Part shown: positions 38,977 through 51,544 of the stretch, piece by piece
Position numbering within the stretch: position 1 is the stretch's first letter
Layout of the letters: the number at the start of each line of letters is the position of its first letter
Assembly (NCBI RefSeq): GCF_006345805.1
Contig: NC_043002.1
Coordinates: forward strand, 110,608,001 to 110,672,000
DNA from: Octopus sinensis
Taxonomy: Eukaryota
DNA: 64,000 nt
Direction of reading: 5' to 3'
Program-made: the position numbers and the translations under genes
Notes under the pieces: model-generated
What the model saw: only the letters and a program-made list of their open reading frames with translations
Told to the model about the DNA's origin: nothing
Databases searched by the model: none

Positions 38977-39515
38977 AATTAATAAGGGTGAGAGAATTAG
39001 ATACTAATTTAATAGTATATTTATTCCACACCAAGTGGCCTAGTGCTATGAGAAACCTGGATTATTATAATATTTTATAACATATTATAATATTTTCACA
39101 AAATAAATATAAGAGAGTGGTCACTATATTTATCACTCTAGCACCAGTTAATCCAAAAGGTTTCAACCACGAAAATACATGTTTCCCATGAAAGCCAAGT
39201 ACGACTGTTAGCTCACAGTCGTGTGAGCTAACAGTCGTACTTGGCTTTCATGGGAACATGTATTTTCGTGGTTGAAACCTTTTGGATTAACTGGTGCTAG
39301 AGTGATCAATATAGTGACCACTCTCTTATATTTATTTATATATATAATATATATATATATATATACGACAGGCTTCTTTCAGTTTCCGTCTACCAAATCC
39401 ACTCACAAGGCATTGGTCAGCCCGGGGCTATAGCAGAAGACACTTGCCCAAGATGCCACGCAGTGGGACTGAACCCAGAACCATGTGGTTGGTAAGCAAG
39501 CTACTTACCACACTC
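38718..39515 (-). mobile_element. Family-A SINE split by an insertion in its TA tract
   Basis: 3' half at 38718-38940, head at 39362-39515. Confidence 0.85.
39101..39337. repeat. Near-perfect 237-bp palindrome (117/116-bp arms, 4-nt spacer)
   Basis: Arms differ by one mismatch and one indel; centre GCTCACA-GTCG-TGTGAGC. Confidence 0.95.
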
Positions 39516-40802
39516 CTTTGAATACTTGTTTTAAGAAAATCCTTTATTTAGTTGAATAATGCATGGTTTAATAAAATAGATCCTGGAAATATTGCTTTTG
39601 TGTATGGATGTGTGTTTATGCTTGTTTAAAATATTGGTTTCAGATTTTAGCACAAGGCCGGCAATTTTGGGAACGGGGTAAGTCAGTTACATCACCTACC
39701 CAGTACTCAACTGGTATTTATCAACCCTGAAAGGATGAAAGGTAAAGTCGACCTCTGCAGATAGGAAAAATGTCTCTAAGCATTTTACCTGGCATGTTTA
39801 ATGATTCTGCCAGTTCATTTTGTTTAACATATTAATGTTTTCACCTATAATAATTATAGATCAGGATATGTTCCAAACTTGCCCAACCCATATTAATCTT
39901 AAAAGACATATTATATTAATAAGTGTGTGTGTCCTTCTGAATAAATGCAAGTCTCTGTATGAATATGTTTCATTTATAACAACGTTTGTTTTATTTATAA
40001 CCAAAGTATGAAAGCTAACTACCACAAATCTAAATTCAGTAATTTTCCCCTCTTTAAATGTGTTTTTTTTTTATAGTATAAATTAAATATGTTAGTATAT
40101 ACAGAAAATATTTGTTTAGTAGAAATAAGGAAACTATAAGCATATGTTTATATGAAAAAGAGAACAGACTCTACAGTGAACAGTATATAAAATCAATATA
40201 ATTACATCAATATTATGATTGTAAATATTATTCAGAATATTGGCAGGCCTGGTGTTGAGTAAGTTATCTTACAGATCTACAGCATTATGCCTGGGTGAGA
40301 AACCAGTTATTTAAATATATTTGGATTGAGGACAATTTCAGAGAAAGACAACCTGATGTGTTTGTAGAGACTATTTCAGTGTCTTGAATCCCTCAATTCA
40401 ATCTTGATTGAGTGCACTTTACTCCTAGTTCAACTGTGTGTGTGTATACATATATATGGCTGGTTTTTGCCAAATTATTCCACCTTGTAAGGATAATTTA
40501 CCAAGTATTTCTGGTGTTCTAACTGCAACTCTGCATCGTACAATACACATTTTCAGTGGTTCAAATAAAAAAACAAATACTTCTTTGTTTAGATTTATAC
40601 ACACATATGTATATATGTGTATATATATATGTGTGTGTGTATACACAGAGAGTGCAGTTATAATACTTTATTCATTAAAATTATTTGCACATTAAATTAG
40701 TTAGCCTCATTTTTGATATTTTCAGTGTCGTTAATCATAATAATATATCTATCATAACTATAATAATACTTTTATTGTAGCTTTTATTTTTATTTTTTGG
40801 TA

Positions 40803-40968
40803 AATCAAAAATCAAAATCAAAATCGATCAACATCAATGGAAATTGTAGCTGTGATACCAGTGCTGGTGGCACGTAAGAGAACCATCCGAATGTGGCCGT
40901 TGCCAGCGTCGCCCCGACTGGCCTCCGTGCCAGTAGCATATAAAAAGCACCATCCGATCATGGCCATT
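40803..40968 (-). mobile_element. Retroposon 3' end with (GATTTT)n tail sharing family-E internal repeats
   Basis: AAAATCAAAATC tail; GGTGGCACGT/AAAAGCACCATCCG units. Confidence 0.65.
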
Positions 40969-41300
40969 GAGGAATACCTAGTCTTCTCATAACTAATACC
41001 CCTCCTGCATAAATCAATAAGTTAGTGTCACCTATATTTTTGGTATCTATTTTACTGATAAAATCTACTTTCCTAATCATATCTAGCAACTTTTTTCTAT
41101 TAACACCTTTTATTGCTAGTAATATTTTTCTTTCTTCTTTACTCATTACTGCCTTCAACTCATCTAAAATCTTCTGATCTTCCTCACTTAAGTTGCTGGT
41201 GTCAGTTTTCCTTTCTGATTGGTTTTTCTTGTAGGCTCTTCTTTGGCTTGAGCTGTATTACTTTTGCTTTTGTTGTACTAAGGGTAGTAGATTAGCAGAA
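40968..41300 (-). mobile_element. R4/Dong-like LINE N-terminal ORF relic
   Basis: LLAIKGVNRKKLLDMIRKVD...IDTKNIGDTNLLIYAGGVLVMRRLG. Confidence 0.65.
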
Positions 41301-44300
41301 TTGGTAGACTGTGAGATGAAATAGTTTGCAATGTTTATTTCAATCTCCTTGTGTTTTGAAATTGAACCCCATCAAGGTCTTCTTGGCTTTGATCCCTCTG
41401 GGATTGATATTCACTAATATCAACCTCAACCAAGTAGTTAGGCCAATATAATCAACTCCCTTTCTCAAAAATGTGTGTTCAGTCATGTAGAAGCCGTTAT
41501 GATAATTATTTTACATATTGTATGCACTGCAGAAGATTCTCTTCAGTTACTAGATGAATATCACAGTGGTTTTAGCACTTTAACGGTTTTGTTACTTCTG
41601 AAAGTGCTTAACATCACTGATGCTACTGGGTTATGTCCTTGTTATTTTGGCCCACATTGTAGCATGCATTCTATTCTGCCTTGTCAGCCATCAGGTAGGT
41701 GTGTTTCTGTTGCCATAAATGAGTTAGCGATTATTGTATTCTCAAATCATTATTAAGAAATGCATGCAATAAATATTATACATGTCTGTGTGTTTTTACA
41801 CACTTACACACAAAGTCAGTTGCACACTCACGCATGAATATGCATATGCATTTACATTATATTTTTTTCTACAATAAGAAGTGAAAGAATGGCCTTCTGC
41901 CTAAGAAAAAGAAATCAATATTTATTTAGATGTACATAATTAAATCCTTCCTGTTTAATTAAATTCCATGACTGACGTTGGGAAAGTGCTAATTGCATTT
42001 ATATGTGGAAATAGCTTGTTTATTCAGTTTTCTTATGGAACCTTAATTGCTTGACCGGTATTCATATGCCAATATTATTTATAGCTCTTTGATCTTGTTC
42101 ATGATAAAAATGTGTGAAGATTTTTATGGTAATTAAGTTTTCTAACCTTCAAGCAGTCAGACTTCTAGTTTGTAGAAGTTGCTGCAGAAGTTTTAATGTA
42201 TTGAGAAAAATAAGGATATAATAAAAGTAGCCTTCCAGTTTTCCAGGTCATATTAAATGTTGCTTAGAAGTGGGGGTGAAGTGTACTCTATAAATGTTGT
42301 AAATTATTGAATTGATGTTTAGACTTTTAGTGACATCTTATACAAAGAAAATTGAATATATTTAAGTAAAAAAAAGAAAGAAAGAAAAGATAGAGATCAT
42401 CCATATGGGATATTTCTGAGGCTCTTAATCAAATCTGTCTTCATAGTAAATGCTGGCTATGGCTGTTGCTGCTATTGTTGCTGTTATTGTAAACAGTTTT
42501 ATGGAAGAGAGAAAGAGATTGATAAATATTGATTTCTCACAGAGATACAAAGCCTCAAATATGTAGGTGAGGAATATAGTCAATTGAATTGAGATCTGTA
42601 CTTGCCTGGTACTTATCTCATCAACCCCAGAGGAATTTATATTTAAAATATAGTGATGTGAAACTAAATATTCTAAGATATTTAGTTGCGTCCCTCAACT
42701 ATTTCTGCAGTCCATTACTAGTTTAAATAGACGAGATATTGCTATAAGGCAAGATCAAGATGTTACAATATATTTGCTATAATTTCATTTTTATTTTATT
42801 TGCATGAACTTTAACTTGTTTAACCAGTGAAGGCATTTGGAACAGGCCTCGTGTTCTCTCCTTACCAACTTTTTTTCCTAGTAACCATTGACCTGTTGAT
42901 GTTTCAAATGGACATCAGCTACATCTCACCAGTGTTAAAATGCTTAGAAAAGTAATGAGCACTTTCTTGATCAACTTAGAAAACCTGCATAATAGAGTGT
43001 TAATGCTGTGTGTAGAATACTTCCAATAGCATCCTATTTCAAGTGGATATTACTATACAATGTATTTGTTCTTAAAAGATACAGACTATATAATAGATAG
43101 TTAATTACTGAAGTGATTTGTTCATTTAGTAGGAATGATGATGGTAACATTTCCAATCTGATATTCTTCTGCTTCATTGGCCTATTGCCTTAAATGTTTA
43201 CTTCATTCTTGAATTCTTTAGTTTTGACTATTTAGGACAACTTAGATCTTGTTGTTGGCTTTTCTTTTTAATTTTTAGTAACCTCAGTTTAAATATGATT
43301 GAACACACCTATGGGATACAAATAGTCAGCAAACAGGCTAGGTATGAATCTCAGATCTGTTGTTCTAATTATACTCTGTATCTGCCTAACTGGAAGCCTT
43401 ACTGCATTTTGATATGCAGGGATGAATGAATTGGCTGTTGTTTAGTCCTAGCTGATCCCTAATTGAGCAGATCTATGACCAAAGGTATTAATGATCCCAC
43501 CTATTTTTATATATCTAAAATAATATAAATAAACTTGTCCTTTCTTTTTAAAGATGATTGGAGGCAATTTGACTGTTAATTCCAGCAGTCTGTGTTTCCA
43601 CAGAGAGGTCCTCCTTGATGGTTTGTTTTGTTGATGTCTAATACCTTTGGTCATCTCTGAACAAGTCAATTGAAATATTTATTGAATTTGATATTGGTTG
43701 TTATTATAGTTTTTCAGCTCTAGGTTTACCCTGGAATATGTAGGTGAGGAATATAGTCAATTGAATCGAGATCTGTACTTGCATGATACTTATCTTGTCA
43801 ACCCCAGAGGAATTTATATTTAAAATATAGTGATGTGAAACTAAATATTGTAAGATATTTAGATTTGAGATTCATAACTAAAGATATTCCAGCTGAGACC
43901 ATTCTGGCATTTCCTATATCTAGGATTACATTATCTTCTTTATTGAAGTCAGTAAGCTGTGGTTTGATGGAGATTATTTTATATTCAGTTTTGTATCCTG
44001 CTGAGTTTGGTATGTCTTCAAATTTAACTACAGGAGTTTTTTTGGCTAAATGTTTGATTCAAGAACATACCAAAGAAAGTTAATATAAAGAGGACAAGTC
44101 AGATTAAAGTGCTTTCCTCAGGGGTATGTGTGAATGCAGGCATCAAAGTTTAAGCCTATGATTCTTGGCCAAAATACTAAATTACTATTAATGTAAGTAG
44201 TCTCTTTTTCTTTCCCCCCCCCCACTCTAATAAATGAGACCTACAAAAACATAGATGAAATGACATTTTTTTAACTCAGGAGATTATTTTTAACGGTTTT

Positions 44301-45517
44301 ATTTTTTCTTTCTTTCTTTCTTTCTTTTTTTTTTTTTTTTTTTTTTTTTTGCTCAACAAATATCTTCAGAAAAGTTAATGCATTTCTAAAAGAGATTAAT
44401 ATCATTTGTGGGCATTAGTTACTCACTTTTACTTTGTGTATATAAGTAAATAACAATAAATACTAAAATACCAGTCATTAGAACTTAACATGAATGACAT
44501 GTGCAGTGCCAGTCTATTGATGTAGCTATAAAAAACATGATAAGCAGAAGTTAGAACATTGCAGTGTCTGCTATTTGGAACTGCTTTATTTTCTCTTGTT
44601 TGGCGATTAACAAAACAAAACCAGCACTACAGAACACTTTGATATTTTCATCATGGGTTTTTGTTGTATTTTTTTCTTATATTTTGATTCATTGTGAAAT
44701 GCATATTTTTTATGGATTAATGTAGTAAATGGATTCTTCTACAATCAATCAATCAATCAATCTTGACTATTAACTTTTTTCTACATAAAATGATCTTGCT
44801 GTTAAAGCATTAGTTCTAATCTCCCTGCCTTCTCTATCTCTTTCTCAGACACCCAGTAACTTAAACATATTTCAGCTCTGCTCCCTCCCTGTCTCTCTTT
44901 CTCCTTCACACAGAAACCCAACTTCCTAGCAGGTTCAAGATAAAAACAAAACATATATTTCCATTTAAAGTTATTTATCATCATTGATTAAACATTTTAC
45001 TTTCTTTCATGCTGGCAGTAGCTGAAAGAATCTTCTCTCTATCTGTTCCTATCTTTGCCTTTTTTTACTTCTTGTATGTTCCAATTTTCTCAGATCTAAT
45101 AAACTATCTTAACTCAAGTCTTTTGCTTTCTAACTTCGCTCCACCAACAATTGTTTGTCAACATACATCATTCATAACCACTGCACATGATAATTTCAGC
45201 AGAATCATCTTTTGTTGCATTATCTGATCAATATCTTTGCTATTCAGTTCCCTTCTCAAGTTACTTGCTTTCTCAGATGTAACTCCCAGTATATTTGTTA
45301 TATACTAGATAAAAACATAATTAATATCCAATCTATTTAATTGTTCCTCTTAAATATTTAAGCCTTTTCATTAAACATCTTTCTCTGATATACAGTATTA
45401 TCCATGTTGAAGTTGGCATAAATATTACCTCTCAGTATTAATACTGCCTCTGTCACTAACATATTCTTTTAACAGTATACTTCTGAAATATGCATCTGAC
45501 TGTCCATATTTTGATGA

Positions 45518-45900
45518 TGGAAGCACTCCGTCAGTTATGACGACGAGGGTTCCGGTTGAGCCAATCAACGGAACAGCCTGCTCGTGAAATTAACATGTAA
45601 GTGGCTGAGCACTCCACAGACACGTGTACCCTTAACGTAGTTCTTGGGGATATTCAGCGTGACACAGAGAGTGACAAGGCCGGCCCTTTGAAATACAGGT
45701 ACAACAGAAACAGGAAGTAAGAGTGAGAGAAAGTTGTGGTGAAAGAGTACAGCAGGGATTACCACCATCCCTGCCGGAGCCTCGTGGAGCTTTAGGTGTT
45801 TTCGCTCAATAAACACTCACAACGCCCGGTCTGGGAATCGAAACCGCGATCCTACGACCGTGAGTCCGCTGCCCTAACCACTGGGCCATTGCGCCTCCAC
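45518..45900 (-). mobile_element. Family-B SINE with imperfect TSD
   Basis: CCATATTTTGATG / CCATATTTTAGATG flanks. Confidence 0.9.
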
Positions 45901-46881
45901 CGCCCATATTTTAGATGTACTATTTCAATAAAATCAGTCATAACTTACCCATTTCTAAGTAAACACCTTCCTATTACTTCTTCATTACTTTTGGTTTTGA
46001 GTAACCAAGCTCCAATTTTTGTCAAATCTATTCAATCCATCTATCCAATTTATTCATTATCATTTTGCTTTTTCACCTTTTCTTTTATAATCTCTTGGAA
46101 TCCATACTCTCTGGATGTGTTCAACCCAACTTTATTTCAGTGATTGTATAAACTAGACAATGTCATTTAGTTTGGTTATTTTTGTATTCATTTTGACATT
46201 TTATTGCATTTCAATTTTATTCTAAACTGTAATATTCTTAAGTATAACTACATTGAATGTTAACATGAAATGTTATGGATTTTATATTTAAGACTACAGC
46301 ATTGTACTTAGTGCATCATAATCTTACCTTTCACCTTGTATACCAAATACATTCTTGTTTGGTGCTTTGCTATTGCATGACAAAGATCTTCATATTAGAT
46401 TTTGAAAGAAAATTTGTGTTTGTTTTATCTTGGGAAACCCCAGAAATTAAAAGTTCTTTAATTTGATAAAAGTTATTCAAGTGAGGTATTTTCCATTTCT
46501 TATTGTTGTTAAGAAGTGTAGACTACCCCCAAGGGTTTCCTAAAAATAAGATTTAGAACCTGAAAAGAAAACAAAAGAAGTATAATGAATACTTTCAAAA
46601 GTTTGATCTGTAAGTTTAATCTGTAGCTTTTGCTTATCAAATATATTAGACCTTATTATTAAGAGAAGAGGTTTCTAAATCCTACAATAAGAATAGTCAT
46701 AGCTATGTGGTTTAGAAGTTTGCTTTGCAGCCATGCAGTTCTGGCTTTAATTCCTCTGTGTGGTATGGAACCTTGGGCAAGTAGCTTCTACTATAGCCTC
46801 TGGTGAACCAATACTTTGGAAATGAAATTTAGTTGACAGAAACTGTGTGAAAATTTGTTTGCATGGTGTGTGAGTATGCAT

Positions 46882-46922
<41 letters not shown>

Positions 46923-47153
46923 TACATCTATACTTGTTTAATATGTCTGTACCAGTGTATTGAAGTGTGCCTCTTTATGCCAAAAGTAATTTAGCCATTT
47001 GATAAATATTGATATGATCAACTGAAACCCTTAAAGGTGGCACCCCCAGCATGGCTATGGCTGAATAACTGAAAGTAGTAAAAGACTAATAAAAGAATGC
47101 ATTTTCATTACTTAAGATGATTTTATTATAATTTAATATATATAATTGAAAAC

Positions 47154-47667
47154 ATTGGAGTCAACAAAAAAGAGTACGGTTGGACATTTAGTTTCAATCA
47201 CTATAATTGTTTCTGTGTGTGTGTTTGTGTGTGTGTCAGTATGTATATGGATGTATATGTGATCCATGTATAACCAACAATGAAGAAAAAATCAACAATA
47301 CAAGGAAATCAAATGCCAATCCCTTTAAAACGACAACCACTGCAACAGTAGCAGAACCACCATCCCACTACATCTACACATTCAAAGCAGTTCGCTAACA
47401 GTACTTCACCAACAATACACCTTGATAAACTTAGTGGCTACAACTAACTTCATGCTACGACAGACAGACAGACAGAATGGTCTTGAAGCCAAGAATTTGA
47501 ACTTACGGAGGCCATAATTACATATCGCTTGAGGAAACAACTAGATCTCATAATGCAAGGAAACGGTTGCATAATCAAGTATCTGCACAACTAGAGAACT
47601 GCATTGCGTAGAAACAATTGTAGTGATTGGAAATAAATGTCCAACCATACTCCTTCTTGACTCCAAT
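47154..47667. mobile_element. MITE-like element with ~60-bp imperfect TIRs
   Basis: ATTGGAGTCAAC...GGTTGGACATTTA.TTTCAATCACTATAATTGTTTCT at left is inverted at 47608-47667. Confidence 0.75.
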
Positions 47668-47822
47668 TTTTTTAGTTATCTATTCACTCATGATACAAGT
47701 TCAAATGCAAACCTGGAAGTATGTATAATACTACTACTGGATAGCACAATGTGAAATCTCAAAGTGGACGAGCTTTACACTGTACTCTACTACGCTCTTA
47801 ACATTATTTATATATATATATA

Positions 47823-48480
47823 TAAGGCTGAGTAAAAAGTAAGCAACGTTTTGAAACATGAAATTCATCACAATATATTTCAACAATGCAGAAATTTTAT
47901 TCTTCAAAGTAAGTACCATATCAACACATTTTTACCAACCAGTTACAAGTTCGTTTATTCCGATAACATTAAAATCTAGAGTTCTGGAGCCAATGAACTC
48001 TTTGAATGCACTTTCAGCATGAGTTTGACTTTTAAACTCCTCTTGCCAAAAACCGTCAAGGTGCTTGAAAAAGTGGTAGTCGATATGAGAAAGGTCTGGG
48101 GAATAAGCTGGGTGGGGAAGAACTTCATAGCCAAGTTCACTCAACTTCTGGAGCATCATTAGGGAAACATGTGATCAAGCATTGTTGTGAAGAATGATTG
48201 GCCCTCTTCTGTTGACCAGTCTGAGATGGAGAAGTAGCATTTTTTCATTCATTTTGACAATTTCATGGCAATATAATTTTGCAGTAATGGTTTTTAACAA
48301 GCTATATTGGACGAGTACAACAGCACACCACCAAACAATCACCATAACCTTCTTTTTGAAGAGCTTGGATCTTGGGAAGGTTTTCAGTGCTTCATTTTGG
48401 TCCAACCACTGCAAAGGAAGTTTTTTATTATTGTACAGAATCCACTTTTCATCACAAGTTACAATACAGTTGAGTTACAA
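47823..48480 (-). mobile_element. Mariner transposase 3' relic (Hsmar1/cecropia-like) with TIR
   Basis: QWLDQNE..K.FPRSKL.KKKVMV.VWW...NRRGPIILHNNA / LQKLSELGYEVLPHPAYSPDLSHIDYHFFKHLD; TIR next to TA at ~47823. Confidence 0.9.
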
Positions 48481-48734
48481 AATGGTGTACGCGTGTGAGT
48501 ATATGTATGTATATATTAGATGTGTATGTGTGTGCCTGTGTATATACGTGTATGTATGTATATGAGTGTAGGACTTTGTCTAGTGCATAAGTACAACTTT
48601 TATGCACACATCGCCTTTTTTACACATATCTATATGATTGATTTATCTTCTGTTTCCTTATTTTCAAAGAATTCCATAAGGCAGAGGCAGTGGCTAAAAC
48701 CCCCTTTTTTTCATCATAGTCCTCCAGGCAATAA

Positions 48735-49582
48735 AAGAGGAATTCAAGACAGGTTGCCCCTGTGAGCTCCTCTATGCTGATGACCTTGCTCTCATAGTGG
48801 AATCACTACCAGAACTAGAGAAGAAATTTCAGGTGTGGAAGCAAGGTTTAGAATGGAAGGGCCTTGGAGTCAATGTTGTAAAAACCAAAGTCCTAGTAAG
48901 TAGGAAGGCGAACACATCACAAACCCCTTCAGGTAGATGGCCCTGCTCGATCTGTAGAAAAAGGGTAGGTAGAAACTCCATAAGATGTACCCGGTGTAAG
49001 CTATGAACGCATAAGTGCAGCAACATCAAAGGAAGTTGAATTTGGAAGATAGCTTTTGTGTGCAGCATATGCACAGGGGCAATAAACACCGCAGATGCTC
49101 AGAAAACTGATTCCATCACATGGCAGGGCAAGAAACTAGAAGTTGTTGATAGCTTTTGCTACCTAGGTGACCAAGTGTGTAGTGGTGGTGGATGCTCAGA
49201 GAGTGTTGCCACTAGAATAAGAATAGCCTGGGCAAAGTTCAAAAAGCTCCTACCTCTACTGGTGACAAAGGGCCTCTTGCACAGTGTGAAAGGTAGACTG
49301 TATGATGCATGTGTGCGAACTGCTATGCTACACGGCAGTGAAACATGGGCTGTAAGTGCTGAAGACATGTGCAGGCTTGAGAAGAAATGAAGCTAGTATG
49401 ACCACTAGCTAAAAAGCACCCACTAAAAAGCAAGTGGTTGGCATTAGAAAGGGCATCCAGCAGTAGAAACACTGCTCGATCAAACTGGAGCCTGGTGCAG
49501 CCTCCTGGCTTGCCAGTCCTCAGTCAAACAGTCCAACTCATACCAGCATGGAAAACAGACATTAAAGGATGATGATGATGAT
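48735..49582 (+). mobile_element. RTE LINE 3' fragment: RT C-terminus, Cys/His finger, family-E tail
   Basis: GCPCELLYADDLAL...VNVVKTKV...WPCSIC...CTRC...CSIC...VDSFCYLGDQV...RIRIAWAKF...GRLYDACVRTAMLHGSETW, then AGGGCATCCAG...(GAT)n. Confidence 0.9.
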
Positions 49583-49723
49583 ATATGTGTGTGTGTATAT
49601 GTATATATGTATATATATATATATATAAATGAGGGTGAAAAATTTGATATTAATTTAATAATACCATCAATTTAACACAGCACTAGAGTTGACCACATAG
49701 TGGTTACTCTCTCATATTTATAT

Positions 49724-49756
<33 letters not shown>

Positions 49757-50094
49757 AGTAGATAAATGGTACAACAAGGCACCAATATTTACTGGAAAAT
49801 AGCAGTTGATATAAAAACGACGCTATTGCATAGCTTCACTGCGTATATCCAAGCAAAGACATGTGTGTGCAACAAACATAAAAAAAAATTTATCTTACCT
49901 CTAGGAAGAACATTCAATAAATGGACAACCTAGAATCGGATAATGCAGGACCGGTTTCTAACTCTTCAAATACATTTGACAACGTAAATTTGATTAGTCT
50001 TATATATATATATTTATTTATTTAGTCGAACAAATTGACTGAACCCGGAACCATGTGATTGGGAAACAAGCTTATTTCACAGTTACACTGCACC

Positions 50095-50104
50095 TATATG
50101 TATA

Positions 50105-50159
<55 letters not shown>

Positions 50160-50171
50160 TATATATATATG

Positions 50172-50211
<40 letters not shown>

Positions 50212-50400
50212 TATATATACACACACACATATATATATATGATGTGTATATATATATATATATACACCATATATATATGATGTGTATATATATATATATG
50301 ATGTGTATATATATATATATACACACATATATATATATGATGTGTATATATATATATATTATATATATATATATATACACACATATATATATATATGATG

Positions 50401-50438
<38 letters not shown>

Positions 50439-50540
50439 TATATATGTGTGTGTATATATACATATATATATGATGTGTGTGTATATATACATATATATAT
50501 GATGTGTGTGTATATATACATATATATATGATGCGTGTGT

Positions 50541-50570
<30 letters not shown>
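50095..50570. repeat. Complex (TA)n-based minisatellite with recurring GATGTG and CACAC modules
   Basis: About 10 recurrences of ATATATGATGTG. Confidence 0.9.
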
Positions 50571-50571
<1 letters not shown>

Positions 50572-50866
50572 GTGTGTATATGTATTCTGTCTTTTCTTCT
50601 CTGCTGTTTTGTGCAAGTTCTATACTGATCAAACATGACTATTATAAATATATAAATGTGCAGGTGACTCTCTATAAATAGATAACTAAAACTTGATCAA
50701 TTTTCAAATATTGAAGTCGAAAATTGATCACATTTATTACTTAACTCTCCAAGTACATGCTCAATATGTGAATTAGCGAAATGGCTACATATAGATAATG
50801 TGGTTGCTATCAATTGATTACCTTGAGAAAATCGGTTTAACTTAGTCTGTTGTTCACATTTAACAG

Positions 50867-50908
50867 ATGCAGCCATGTATGACCATCCTCAGTAATTTTT
50901 AACTGGTG
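50867..50908 (+). CDS. Candidate 42-nt exon (phase 1 DAAMYDHPQ*; other frames also stop)
   Basis: Acceptor GTTCACATTTAACAG, donor GTG|GTAAGT. Confidence 0.2.
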
Positions 50909-51387
50909 GTAAGTGAGAGTGTAAACAGGAGCATGTGGTCAGCCAATTGGTATATGGAAATTTAATGATGTTAGAGTTCAGATTATACACCAGACTTGGT
51001 GGCACTTTCAACACATAATGCTGTTTGAAATATTTGTTTTATTGATAGCATTGCATTTGATTAACTAAGAGGTCTTTGTTTCTGGTTTTCCAAAGAAACT
51101 AATCTAATTATATCTGTTAATGGTTTCCATGTGAGGGCTGTAAAATATTATTTCCTGACTGCAATATAATTCCCAGTTTGATATGTATTTATAAGACTAA
51201 TGTATATTTCATAAAACTTTTTCAGAATCTGTGGTTTTTTTAGCTTTGTTATTTATACATAAAATAGAACACATAACCGCTTAACCCAAGTTGTAAATGA
51301 AAAATTGGTGGTTTTTAACCTCTAACCCTTTAAATAACAACATTTCCCTCTTGCAACCTATAAAACTGAACACAAGAACCAACTATA

Positions 51388-51505
51388 TATTGGGTCATCC
51401 CATAAATAATGCAGGTTTTTTATACTTCTTTTATTTTTCAAACTTAAGATAAAGTTCTTTTTTAATCTAATATATACACTCCTTCATTTTCTATAATGCT
51501 CTTCT
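51388..51505 (-). mobile_element. Mariner right end (TIR plus last codons)
   Basis: TATTGGGTCATCCCATAAATAATGC TIR; minus translation SIIENEGVYILD*. Confidence 0.65.
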
Positions 51506-51544
51506 ATTAACTGCTTGGATTTTATTCCACCCAGTCAGTTTTGA

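Noticed and set aside
41475-41756. 93-aa plus-strand ORF
   Set aside because: No splice context or motif; adjacent to a LINE relic, probably chance.
49800-49850. Hammerhead-like stem GCTA-TGCAA-TAGC on the minus strand
   Set aside because: Both CUGANGA and GAAA cores are too degenerate to support.
50055-50636. Long ORFs (149-180 aa) rich in Y/I/H/T/C/V
   Set aside because: Translations of TA/CA microsatellite, which lack stops by composition.
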